A DNA stretch of 64,000 bases, from NCBI GenBank assembly GCA_951406725.2, contig OX597816.1, positions 5,332,001 to 5,396,000 on the forward strand, read 5' to 3'. This stretch comes from Octopus vulgaris. Lineage: Eukaryota. A program made the position numbers and the translations under genes. Positions 26,448-38,519 of this stretch are shown in pieces (the first letter of the stretch is position 1; every line of letters begins with the position of its first letter). The notes under the pieces are model-generated. The model saw only the letters and a list, made by a program, of their open reading frames with translations, had not been told where the DNA came from and did not search any database.

Positions 26448-26785
26448 TTTACCTCCGCCTCAGCGAAACTGGAGGTATTGTTTTCAGTCGTGTTTGTTTG
26501 TTTGTTTGTCCGTGGACAAGATATCTGAAGAACCGCTGGATGGATTCGGATGAAACTTTCAGGGATGTTTGGCCCCATGACAGGCACGCACTGATTAGAT
26601 TTTGGGGTTGATCTGGTACCGGACAAGGATTCTGGATTATTTTTCCGTCTTTTTTAATCAAATTTTGAGAGCGGTCGATTTCAATTTTACTATTCTCGTT
26701 TGTGAGAGCAGTCGCGTTTATTTCTGAGATTCTCATTTTAAAAATCATCTCCGGCTAATCGTTGGGAGGACGTTGCTGTTGTTTA
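26448..26785 (+). mobile_element. HINE/DINE-1-like non-autonomous Helentron
   Basis: TTTACCTCC...GGAGGTA short 5' inverted repeat, then (GTTT)n, then GGATGGATTCGGATGAAACTT core. Confidence 0.7.
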
Positions 26786-28477
26786 TTATTGCTCTGTACT
26801 CAACCGACATTTTGTTCTGAAGCAGCATTTGTATTAATATATTGAGTTCCAATGCAAAGTTGTGTCATTGTGCTGAAGGTGGAATAATAAAATGCATACA
26901 CACACACATACACACACACAAACGCGCACGCGCACATACACACAGCCGACACACACATGCCTACATATATATTCTTTTATTCCTTTATTTGTTTCAACCA
27001 TTTGACTGTGGCCATTCTGGAGCACGGCATTGAAGGATTTTAGGCTAAGAAATCGACCCCAGGACATCGCTAGTGGAGCGGCCATGCTTACACTGTAAAG
27101 CCAGAAAGAAAAATGGCGCGATCAGCCTCAAACGTCGATCATGCGACCACAATAGTACTAACTATAAGCGCGCATGTGCAGAAGGCAGTGTGATAACAAT
27201 AAAGGTATCTTATGGTGAAAGTACGGACAATTTTGGACTTACCCTCGTATATATATATATAATCCATTCTGTCTGTTTCTGTGCTTATAACTCGAGTATT
27301 GTTCATCCGATCGCGCTGAAATTTTAGAACATGGCTACATGAGAGAGCGGGGTGTTTCGTGATCTAAAAAGATTCTCAAAATTGTGAGTTCCAAATTGAG
27401 AATTGCTATTTTCGTAATTTGTTTTTGTTCTGTTTGTTCTACCATTAAAAGCAACGAGTTTGCTCAGACAGCCAGCACATACCATTTCTCTAGCAACAAG
27501 GAGAGTGCATGATGACAGTCAGCCCAAACCGTCGCTGTGCTGTCTCTCTTCTTTCCTCTCCCTGTCTGTCTTACGATGTTCGATTCCACTTGAAGTTGTA
27601 TATAATTTATCAATCAATTATCCTTATTGAGAAGAAACATCGTTTCCATTTCCGACGTGTTTTCTTCTCGTGGCCCCAGATGGCTAATCCAGTTTTTCAA
27701 TCCTGCAGGACAGACCATCGACTGAGGAAAAAAGGGAGAATCTGCTAAGCAGACGGTAAGCAAGCTTTGAAGTGATGACGAAGATGGTGTGAGAAGAACA
27801 GTAGAACGATTGTTTAAACTACCATTTCGTATTGGCCTGCTGACTTGCCAGTACGTATACTATTCAGAGACAGATCGATATTGATAACATACAATAGATT
27901 TCGAACATTATTTCATCAAAGATTTGTAAATTTATAATTTAACCTATGAATGAGGTGTCGAAGAGAGCAATGTGTACATTAAACGTGGTATATTCAAGTA
28001 ATGTTTGATATAATGAATAGTTCAAGGCGCCCTAAAATTGTGATAACTCGGCAAATTCGTAAGTCAGAATTTGTCTTTGATGTTATAAGCGATAGAAGAA
28101 TCATCAAGTCTGATGCTCCAGGAATTCAAATAGTCTGTGTTGTAAAGATGAATAGAATGTCTTGAGGTGTTTATTGACGTCATATTTGGTTAGCATCAGC
28201 TCACGTTTTGAATTATTTTCTGTAAGGTGTGAAATATTCAATGAATTAAGAATCGCTTTGTCGCCTTGAAGTAAATCGTTTGAATCGCTTCTCATGTTGT
28301 ATCAAATACTAAGGGCTGAACGGACGGACTTAGCTATGTGCATCAACCACCAGTGAAAATAAAACTGGACAGCTGCAGAATGACATGTACAAAACAAAGG
28401 CTTTGTAAGCAAGACAACTGCAGATGAAAAGCAGAGAACTCGAGAAGACACTACGACCTGGGAAAATACTTTTGATA

Positions 28478-28680
28478 TATTTCTTTACTACCCACAAGGG
28501 GCTAAACATAGAGGGGACAAACAAGGACAGACAAACGGATTATTTCGATTACATCGACCCCAGTGCGAAACTGGTACTTATTTAATCGACCCCGAAAGGA
28601 TGAAAGGCAAGGTGGACCTCGGTGGAATTTGAACTCAGAACGTAACGCAGACGAAATATCGCTAAGCATTTCGCCCGGCG
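28478..28680 (-). mobile_element. SINE family A
   Basis: Body plus tail type 1. Confidence 0.88.
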
Positions 28681-28729
28681 CAGCCAAGTGATAGCATGTG
28701 GATGTAGTTGGTTATATATATATATACAG

Positions 28730-28941
28730 ATCGCCATGTTGATTCGCTAGCTTCTGCACGCATTTTTTTCCTCTCCTTGTTTTTCTCCTTGTTTCTTTTC
28801 TGTGTATCTTTCTGTCGAAGAGCATAGGCTCGAAACGTAAAATACTTGTTTTATTTCTATTCCTGAGCGCCATACTAATACAATTGTTTGTTTGTACTCC
28901 ACCCGCCTTCATCTTTTGTATTTTCGTAAACCTTCCTGTTT
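28730..28941 (+). mobile_element. Short element in (TA)n with hammerhead-like motif, copy 2
   Basis: (TA)n on both sides; motif at 28804-28845. Confidence 0.78.
28804..28845 (+). ncRNA. Putative minimal type-I hammerhead ribozyme (variant core)
   Basis: TTT-CTGTCGA-A-GAGC-ATAG-GCTC-GAAA-C-GTA-AAA reads as stem I, core, stem II, GAAA, loopless palindromic stem III (ACGT) and a GUA triplet. Confidence 0.55.
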
Positions 28942-28963
28942 TATATATATATATATATATATA

Positions 28964-29529
28964 CACTACCGTCAGAAATTAATTAGCACCCTTGATTTGC
29001 TCACCATGAAGCATGGTGGGGGTGGTCCGATGGTGTGAGGGGCGTTCAGCTACAGTGGTGTTGGGCGGCTCTATGCCGTCGAAGGCAACATCAACGCAGC
29101 AAAGTACGTTGAGATAGTAAGGATACCTCTTTGGTGGCGAGGAGTACGTGCTGGCCAGTCACCTGACCTGAACCCTATTGAGAACCTCTAGAGTCGATTG
29201 GGTAGGGATTTGAATGTGCAGCAATACAGGAACCGACACGAGCTGTTTGGGGCACTTCTTGCTGCATGAGGGGCCATCCCTGCACAGTACCTGCAGGCAC
29301 TCATAGACAGCATGCCGACCCGCGTAGCAGCTGTCATTGCTGCCAAAGGAGGAGCAACAAGATATTGACTAAATTTCACAATTAATAACAATTAAGTGGT
29401 GTGCTGGGATATGTTTTAATAAATTTTTGATTAAAAACGAGTTCATTTCTGATAATAAGTTAATTAAATTAAGAAAATGTAAGAAAATGTAGAAATTTGA
29501 GAAGTGCTAATTAATTTCCGACGCCAGTG
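28964..29529 (+). mobile_element. Internally deleted Tc1 DNA transposon with transposase pseudogene fragment
   Basis: 26-bp TIRs CACTACCGTCAGAAATTAATTAGCAC / GTGCTAATTAATTTCCGACGCCAGTG with TA flanks. Encodes TMKHGGGGPMV*GAFS..GVG, SPDLNPIENL* and LIDSMPTRVAAVIAAKGGATRY*. Confidence 0.95.
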
Positions 29530-29797
29530 TATATATAAAAGAACAATCTTAATATACATTATTTCAACAAAATACATCTAATATTTATAGTCGGCTGGAT
29601 TCAGCCTCCTCCAACTCTGGTGTCTCGCCCATGCGTTCACATGGTCATCAGAGTCCAGCTACAACTTGTCTGATGAGCGTGTGAAGCACGTTTGAAACTC
29701 CACGGTAAAAGGTACTGATTCAACCAAAATAAAAATTATTATTAATCTCTATTGTGTTACTGGGTACTCATTCTTCCAAACAGCTACCACTAAACAG

Positions 29798-29837
29798 ATA
29801 CATATACACATACACATTTATACACATATATTTGTGC

Positions 29838-29916
<79 letters not shown>

Positions 29917-30042
29917 TGTATATATATACATATATATATGCATATATGTATGTATGTGTGTGTGTGCGCGTGTATGTGTATATCTATTTTTATCTATCTA
30001 TCTATCTATCTATATATATATATATACCTATATATATATGTA

Positions 30043-30088
<46 letters not shown>

Positions 30089-30161
30089 TAGATATATATA
30101 TATATAGATATATATAGAGAGAGAGTGAGAGAGAGAGAGATACATACATACACACACACCC

Positions 30162-30194
<33 letters not shown>

Positions 30195-30222
30195 TGTATA
30201 TATATGTATGTACATGCACACA
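29798..30222. repeat. Compound (TA)n/(GA)n/(CA)n microsatellite
   Basis: Direct inspection. Confidence 0.95.
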
Positions 30223-30862
30223 TGAAAGTGAAATGTTCTCAATGGGAAATGAAACTGCGTGGTGAATTCAGATTAAAATGTCTACGAATTAATATTTCAT
30301 CATTAAATGCACAGGCAATGTATTTGAACAAATGGTTATGTCTTTGTCCATAATCATATTGTCGTTTATGCGCCGAAAAACAAGCATTATTCCATGCACA
30401 GTAACAGTAGCAACAACATTTCCTATTAGAATTTTACCTTCCTAAATGTATCGGCCATTAAATGATACATGTGAAATATGAAACGAATAAACGTGTTTTG
30501 TTTTTTGCCTGTTTAAATATCATCGAAGTGATTTGAAGGCAGTTCACAAGTTCGTTTAACTTCGCCCTTTCCATTTCATGTTAACAGCTAAAATGATATT
30601 ATTCGAGATAATTGCTTCAATTATTCGTTGCACCGATTGGAAAAAATAACTAATGCCATGAAAGCTTGTAGTTGTTGTTTTTGTATTGTTGTTGCTATTT
30701 TTGTTGTTATAACAAGTTCTTTTATTAAGTATATCTGTATGATAATAGTTCACTTATAAACCACGCCATTCCAACATCGATCACTGCGCACGCGCATAGG
30801 TAATAACCTGCCGTGTGTGTGTAAATTTATTCATACCTACCAACCTACCTATCTACCTACCT

Positions 30863-31078
30863 ATTTCTTTACTACCCACAAGGGACTAAACACAGAGGGG
30901 ACAAACAAGGACAAACGAACGGATTAAGTCGATTATATCGACCCCAGTGCGTAACTGGTACTTATTTAATCGACCCCGAAAGGCTGAAAGCAAAGTCGAC
31001 CACGGCGGAATTTGAACTCAGAACGTAGCGGCAGAAAAGATACCGCTAAGCATGTCGCCCAGCGTGCTAACGTTTCTA
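30863..31078 (-). mobile_element. SINE family A inside an (ACCT)n tract
   Basis: Body plus tail type 1; CCTA repeats on both sides. Confidence 0.88.
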
Positions 31079-31189
31079 CCTACCTACCTACCTACCTACC
31101 TACATACATACATACATACATACATACATACATACATACATACATACATACATAAGAAACACCTACAGGCGAAGTTGATCATATTGAGG

Positions 31190-31590
31190 CCAACAGGTTA
31201 AAAGAATATTAGTGGAACTTAAAAATTAAAACAGTGACCAAGTTAAAACACAACCGACCAGATATTGTTGCACGGGACTACCACAAAGAAAAAATATGTT
31301 CTGTTGTGGAAAACAGCTGCCCTCTGGACAAGAATGTGGTTAGAAAAATACAAAAGAAAGAGAGCATCTTTGGATCTTTGATAAGGAGTTTGAAATCCCA
31401 GATACACGTTCGGCTTCATACCTATTATTATTGGAGCAATAGGACACATACCAGCCTGACCGGAGAAAAGTATGGCTGAAGTTGGGATCTTGGTGAGAGA
31501 ACAGAAATCTTTAATTCATGCACTGCAAATGCTCGCTATATCTGGGACTATAAAAATTTGCATGACCATCTTAAGATTTAAAGGGTGATG
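31190..31590 (+). mobile_element. RLE-type (R4/Dong-like) LINE endonuclease fragment
   Basis: KEY*WNLKIKTVTKLKHNRPDIVA..CSVVENSCPLDKNV..FIPIIIGAIGH gives an RPD...E..K endonuclease signature. Confidence 0.8.
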
Positions 31591-32159
31591 GTTGAAGCCA
31601 AATGCTTTCCTTCACATCTTTGCGACGGAGTTGATGGCCGATCAAAATTTACACAAAATTAAAAAGGGAAAGAAAAGACATACATACGTAAATGGTGATT
31701 GCTCCATCTTCACAGGGAATTGCCGTCGTTGTGTTTCCTCTTGTCAATAGCATATATGACTCTCCGCCCATGACCTCTTCGATGACTATGCAGTCTCGTT
31801 GCAGATCTGAATTGTTCGGAGCATAGGTGATAGATGAAAGTTGTACCTTACTGGGTGCTTGATACTGGTTAGGTCTGCACACGTCGCTCGTCCTCCATTG
31901 CTGTAGGACTTTCAGTAGATGGAACGACGAACGAGGTAATCATAGAGAAACACTTCTTGTACGCCAATAGCAGTGGGACTCTGATTAGGGATTTTCCAGC
32001 GGTCCAGAGGAGTGTGGACCACCTCTTAGTCACTATGGTTCCCATGTCTACTCTAATGCTGAGTAGTAGCTCATGTCAGGATCCCAGCTAAGGGTTGACT
32101 AGCATAGGGGATGACAATCCATCTAAGCACAGGGACGCAGAAATATCCTTGGCCAGTGT

Positions 32160-32362
32160 CAGGGCGCGCAGTAAAACCACCGGGAGTGGTCTGCCGTTAC
32201 GTTCTGAGATCAAATTCCGCCGAGGTCGACTTTGCCTTTTATCCTTTCGGGGTCGATAAATTAAGTACCAGTGAAACACTGGTGTCGATGTAATCGACTT
32301 AATCCATTTGTCTGTCCTTGTTTGTGCCCTCTGTGTTTAGCCCCTTGTGGGTAGTAAAGAAA
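32160..32362 (+). mobile_element. SINE family A, 5'-degenerate
   Basis: Body plus tail type 1. Confidence 0.85.
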
Positions 32363-32973
32363 CAGATACGACTTTGAAGGTTATTTTGAGCATGGAAACT
32401 GTATTTGTACACAGACTGATCGACGATTTCCTGTTCTTCTTCGTTTATGTTTATCGAATATATTGCAGAACCTGTTGAAATAGTTGCAAGATGTGAATAG
32501 TTGATTAATGATCCGGGAAGCTGATAAGAGTATTGAAAGTCGTAGGCTAACGAAACACTTGGTGATGTGTTCCGGCTCGTAATACCTATTAATCTCGAAA
32601 TATAATGAATCAATACAAACAGAATGTCTTAGATATCGACAGGACACCACCTTATATACCCCCGATGTTCCACGGCTTTGTTGTTTTGCAACATCGTCAA
32701 TCGTCCTTGAAAGAAGACCTAAGCGTATGTAAATGGTTAAATGAAACGATGATGATATGCACAGAATAAATGAGAGAAGAAAATATTAATTGATTGAAGT
32801 GGGCCTTTATTGTATCGTTATTATTGATCTTTACAATGTAGAAGACAATTTCTTGCAGTTGTAGTTGTACACAGGTTATCTGTCGTTCCATAGACAATTG
32901 CGTGAATAGTAAATTTCATCTGTGTGTGATTATTAAAGAGGGGGAGATAGAGATAGATAGATAGATAGATGAC

Positions 32974-33020
<47 letters not shown>

Positions 33021-33022
<2 letters not shown>

Positions 33023-33221
33023 TGTTTCTTTATTAGCCACACAAGGCTGCACACAGACGGGACAGATTACAAAATAGAGCTTTTCTTTCTGGGGAGAAAA
33101 AAAGGTTTATCCGTGGAAAGAAAAGCCTACGGAAAAGACCACGGTAACCTCGGTCAATAATGTTTCATGTTATCACATTTGTTTGCAAGTAGGTAACCCT
33201 CTGTTTTTAATTTTTCCGGGT

Positions 33222-33222
<1 letters not shown>
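33021..33222 (-). mobile_element. ~200-bp internally deleted derivative of the Tx1-like 3' UTR inside (GATA)n, copy a
   Basis: Matches 15768-15898 joined to ~16090-16158. Confidence 0.85.
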
Positions 33223-33285
<63 letters not shown>

Positions 33286-33287
<2 letters not shown>

Positions 33288-33488
33288 TGTTTCTTTATTA
33301 GCCACACAAGGCTGCACACAGACAGGACAGATTACAAAATAGAGCTTTTCTTTTTGGGGAGAAAAAAAGGTTTATCCGTGGAAAGAAAAGCATACGGAAA
33401 AGACCACGGTAACCTCGGTCAATAATGTTTACATGTTACCACATTTGTTTGCAAGTAGGTAACCCTCTGTTTTTAATTTTTACCGGGT

Positions 33489-33489
<1 letters not shown>
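33286..33489 (-). mobile_element. ~200-bp Tx1-like 3' UTR derivative, copy b
   Basis: Near-identical to copy a with the same ends; separated by (GATA)n. Confidence 0.85.
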
Positions 33490-33525
<36 letters not shown>

Positions 33526-34150
33526 GGATGGATGGATGGATGGATGGATGGATGGATGGATGGATGGATAGATGGATGGATGGATAAAGAGAGAGAGAGA
33601 GAGTGAGAGATTGAGTGAGTGAGTGAATGAGTTTAAGGAGGTAGCAGCATTAAGAGCTGTGTTGTCACGCGATGACAGGCATACTTGAAGTGAGAAAGGG
33701 AGATGTTTTTTGGCCAGGAACCGAGCGACCAAAGAGATGGAACCGATCTCAGATTGCATATTTATATCCTTCCTCACCAAACTCGGTGAGGTTAAACAAA
33801 AGAGTTTTACCTCTGTAATCAGCCAGAACCCTGTTTTACCTAAGAATGTTATCTTAAACAATAAAGCCTAAATGTGACAGTTGACCTCGTAACTAATGCA
33901 AAAGGCGAGAACAATAGGAAGAGAACTTGTAGGAAAATGTGCGTTTGGGTTCGAATCCTGCCTTAGACATTTGGAAGCTATTCGTTACAAGAACCGGAGT
34001 TGTTTTGATGGTAACTCTTGTTCTCGACTGACAGCCGTAATTTTTAACTTAAAGTAGCTTAGAAAATAAATGTTGTGAAACTACATTAATATAAATAATT
34101 TACGCGGCAACGAATACGCAGAAGCAACGGAAACGAAACTCCACAACATA

Positions 34151-34551
34151 TCTTTATATATAAAAGAGAGGTTGTGTGCTGTCTGTCTCCTACCATTTAG
34201 ATTCCTAACTACTCCCACATTTTGCAGTGCAGTTTAACCAAAACCGGGTATCTTATAGTCGTGATTCATATCGAGCCCTTCTGGGTATTAGCGCGCGTCT
34301 ACGATAGGTCTACGATTTTTAAAAATAATTTACCATAAATTTTTCCCATTTTTAATACATTTTTGGCATATATAAGGGAAGTAACTCTCTAAAAATTTAT
34401 TATTAAATCTCAGAACGTAAAAAGCTACAGTAACCCCCCCCCCACCTTGTGGTTAAGCCATATTGAGATGGCTATTATACTTTACATTTCTAAAAATGCT
34501 TATATAGTTATTTCCCTTACAAACCCGAGCAACGCCGGGCGATACTGCTAG
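34151..34551 (+). mobile_element. Non-autonomous Helitron
   Basis: A|TCTTTATATATAAA ... CCCGAGCAACGCCGGG hairpin ... CTAG|T; no TSD. Confidence 0.92.
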
Positions 34552-35637
34552 TCTAATACGTAAGACTCAGAGTCAAACGCCCAGATGAAGATGGGTGATG
34601 AATGTCTAAACAACAGCGCCAATATTCTATCTAGATTTAACCTTTAAACGGTTTAGTTCCTTATAGCTGTTGTTAATAAATCGTCCACATAAATAGAAAC
34701 ATCCAACCCTGCTGTAAACATAGAAACATTGAATAACTGGGGAGTGTTTCGGAGTTAAGAGATGATAGTTTTAATTTGTCGCGGATGTCGTTTATTGAGT
34801 GATGAGATCAGCTCCATGATTCATCACGGAAACACACAGAGACAAAACTACGTCACCACAAATCTCAGAGGCCGTTGTTACTGTTCCTGCTTAATTCTTA
34901 GTCAGCTTTCGTCGACCATTCCTACGACACTATCCGGCTTCATTTCTGCTGTAAATGACATTATAAACTGATGCTATATATTTCTAAATTACGAAATTCG
35001 AATCTAGTATCCATTTCCTTTTATCAGCTTCGCTTTTCTAGCCTTCATATAGAAATCATATTTTTCAGTTTCTATAATTTTTCGAAACGAATTGTTAATG
35101 AATGTATAACGAAGTAATTTACTGAAGAAGTTGCACAAATTAATTAATTGAACTAATTAGTTTGAAAACGTCATTACACACACACACACACATAGACGCA
35201 CAGACAACTGGTAGCGTTTTTCAAGTGGCGGCGATTTCATATTTTGGTTTATTGTCTCGGTGTTGTTTTTCAGACAGTATAGCAACACGAAGAGAACAGC
35301 GCTGTGTATTTCTCTGTTTATATTTCTTAATTCTTTATTTCAAGTGTCTGAACAATAAATAAATGACTACAAAAAAATGATCCAAACAAATTTTGTTACA
35401 TTTGCGGTCAAATAACAATGCCTGATCGGCATTCGAAAGTAAAATCATCGATTTGTAAAGCTATGTTTTCACAGTTTTGTATTGTACAAGGTTTGATGAA
35501 ATTTTAAGAGATTTCAGTAAGAACAAGATCGACCTCTGCCTTCTTGTATTCCGATGGTGAAGAAAGAATGGTTGAATCACGTGACAGATTATTTTTACAC
35601 AACTGACCATCAAGGTCAGTTCATAATTTAAAGTATA

Positions 35638-36054
35638 TATTTCTTTACTACCCACAAGGGGCTAAACACAGATGGGACAAACAAGGACAGACAAACGGAT
35701 TAAGTTGATTACATCGACCCCAGTGCGTAACTGGTACTTAATTTATCAACCCCGAAAGGATGAAAGGCAAAGTCGACCTCGGCGGAATTTGAACTCAGAA
35801 CGTAATGGCAGACGAAATACCTATTTCTTTACTACCCACAAGGAGCTAAACACAGAGGGGACAAACAAGGACAGACAAACGGATTAAGTCGATTACATCG
35901 ACACCAGTGCGTAACTGGTACTTAATTTATCGATCCCGAAGGGATTAAAGGCAAAGTCTACCTCGGCGGAATTTGAACTCAGATCGTAACGGCAGACGAA
36001 ATACGGCTACACATTTCACCCGTCGTGCTAACGCTTCTGCCAGCTCTCCTCCTT
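35638..36054 (-). mobile_element. SINE family A dimer with 23-bp TSD
   Basis: GTCARTTCATAATTTAAAGTATA at 35615-35637 and 36055-36077. Confidence 0.92.
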
Positions 36055-36135
36055 GTCAATTCATAATTTAAAGTATAAAAAATAAGTTAAAATGGTTTTA
36101 GTTTACTCTCATTCAGACGCAATTATATTTAAAAT

Positions 36136-36501
36136 GTGGAGGCACAATGGCCCAGTGGTTAGAGCAGCGGACTCGCAGTCGTAGGATCGCGGATTCGATT
36201 CCCAGACCGGATGTTGTGAATGTTTATTGAGCGAAAACGCCTAAAACTTCACGAGGCTCCGGCAGGGTGATGGTGGCGAATCCTTCTGCACTCTTCCACC
36301 ACAACTTTCTCTCACTCTTTCCGTTTTGAAAGGCCAGCCTTGTCACACTGTGTGTCACATTGAATCTCTCCGAGAACTACGTTAAGGGTACACGTGACTG
36401 TGGAGTGCTCAGCCACTTGCACGTTAATTTCACGAGCAGGCTGTTCCGTTGATAGGATCAACGGGAACCCTCGTCGTCGTAACCGACGGAGTGCCAACAA
36501 A
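36136..36501 (+). mobile_element. SINE family C
   Basis: TSD ATATTTAAAAT at 36125-36135 and 36502-36512. Confidence 0.9.
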
Positions 36502-36701
36502 ATATTTAAAATATTTCTGAAAGATTGATTCTGTTACAGAATATTTTCACCAGTAAGATTAAATGAATTTACATGTTAAATAACTAAGATCTGCTTAAAT
36601 ATAAAATATGAACCACCATTATATGCGTATCCCGATGTTCCTTTTGCTATAAAACCGGTATCTCATGGTCAAATAGCACCCAGGTACGTAGATTTCAGAA
36701 G

Positions 36702-36917
36702 GAGAGGGTGCTGAAAAGTTTTAGGATTTGGTTAAAAAGCAAATACAAGAGGATCAGTTAATTATGATTTTATCCAACATATTCCCCTCTCAGATTCACA
36801 CACTTATTGCAGCGCTCCTTCACCTTTTCCAAGGCCTGTAAAAGAATTCGGAAGGTTGGACCTCCAACCAGGCCTTTTGCGATACCCTTAAAGTCAGGAA
36901 CATCTCAGTGCCCCTCG
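36702..36917. mobile_element. Degenerate mariner-like MITE
   Basis: Imperfect TIRs GAGAGGGTGCTGAAAAGTT / AACATCTCAGTGCCCCTCG-TA. Confidence 0.6.
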
Positions 36918-37311
36918 TATCATTAGTGATGGTAATGTTGCTGAACGTGACAATATGGACCCCTCAGCATCGTATCAACCTCCAAGTATTGAGGAAAAGC
37001 AAACAAAGACCTCAAAACAAGAATATCTGAATGGTTTAGTTAAAGATTTAGGCTTGAAAAAAGAGTCTAATCAGTTCCTTGGTTCGAGATTTGATGGAAG
37101 AAAATTAATTGCTTCAGAAAAGATATTTTTTCTCGTGTCACAAAAGTGACAAAGTATTTCCTTACTTTTCTCACTACTCTCCATTACTTTATTAGTATAT
37201 TACAGGAACAGTGGCGGACTAATTGCTTTCTCTTTCGTGGGGAACTGAACAAATCACACAAACACACACACATTATAAGAACATTTAATAGATCTATCAA
37301 TCTGACTCATA

Positions 37312-37663
37312 CGAGGTCTGATCAATAAGTACCCGGACTGTTGCCATAGTAACGAGGCTAAAGCACGAAGAGTAAAGCTGCTTGGCAAAAATTGACTTTG
37401 AATTCTGCTGTGCAGGAACACTAAGTATTAACGTCGTTCTAGTTCATTTCCGCTGTATACAACAGTGCTTGGAAGGAAGGTGTGTAGCGTGTGATCATCA
37501 CATTGACCATGACAGAGAAAGTTGTTATGGCGATACTTGCTCAGAGGCCAACAGCGGAAGTGAGCTAGAGTGTTAAATCTTAGTGCGCATGCACAGCAGA
37601 GTTCAAGGTCAATTTAGTTTCGTTACTATGGCAACAGTCCGAATACTTATTGATCAGACCACG
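37312..37663. mobile_element. Mariner-like MITE with long inverted repeats
   Basis: TA-CGAGGTCTGATCAATAAGTACCCGGACTGTTGCCATAGTAACG ... CGTTACTATGGCAACAGTCCGAATACTTATTGATCAGACCACG-TA. Confidence 0.92.
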
Positions 37664-37862
37664 TATAATGCCGTTGACAAACTTCTAAGTCTTGTTAAAT
37701 TTTACTTCCAGCTGTTAATATAAAACTTGGATTGATGATAAAAACTGTTTTGTCAGATCCAGAAAGCAGTGACATCATATTGTACGCAGGGATTTTTGAT
37801 GACTTCCTGATAAGAAATCTTATGAATGAACTGTTCGAAGCGGTAATTAATCTAGGCAGAAA

Positions 37863-38005
37863 GGCTGCGAGCTTGCAGAATGGTTAGCACACCGGGCGAA
37901 ATGCTTAGCCGTATTTCGTCTGTCTTTACGTTCTGAGTTCAAATTCTGCCAAGGTCGACTTTGGCTTTCATCCTTTCAGGGTCGATAAATTAAGTAGCAG
38001 TTGGA
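37863..38005 (+). mobile_element. SINE family A, 3'-truncated
   Basis: Head and body match; fused to a family B remnant. Confidence 0.8.
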
Positions 38006-38380
38006 GCACCACCTTGAAGGGGTTATTCGAAATAATTGACTCCCAGTTATTATTTTTTAAAGTGTTGTACTTATTCTATTGGTCTCTTTTGCGGACACTC
38101 AAGTTACTGAAACGTAAAAATACCAACAGCGGTCGTCGAGTGTTAGCGTGGGGACAAATGCAAACACAAAGACACATACTCATACATGCATATATACACA
38201 CACGCACACATGTGTGTAAGCGATGGACTTCCACACAGTTTTCGTCTACCAAATTAACTCAAAAGGCATTGAACCCGACTATAGTAGACGACCCAAGCCC
38301 AAGTTGCCGCACGGGGGTCTGCACTCGAAACTATTTGGTCGCAAAGCGATCTTCTTAACCCTAAAGCCATGCCTACGCCT
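38005..38380 (-). mobile_element. SINE family B, old copy
   Basis: Diverged match to family B. Confidence 0.7.
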
Positions 38381-38519
38381 AAATTAATGTACGCCTCATG
38401 TCTGGATTATTTCCCATGAGACTGGTGAAGTGAACAGTGAGGAGGAAGGGCAAGTATTCGACCAACATATTCGTATGATGGATCATGGATGCTGGGACAT
38501 TAACACGTTAAACGATTTA

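Larger units (their letters stand above)
36620..37770 (+). pseudogene. Degenerate Sola-like DDE transposase relic, interrupted by two MITEs
   Basis: PDV/FCY near 36631. QEYLNGLVKDLGLKKESNQFLGSRF at ~37018-37092 resembles the Q.ELNDLVRDLGLSK..AELLGSRL motif. Superfamily assignment is from memory and uncertain. Confidence 0.55.
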
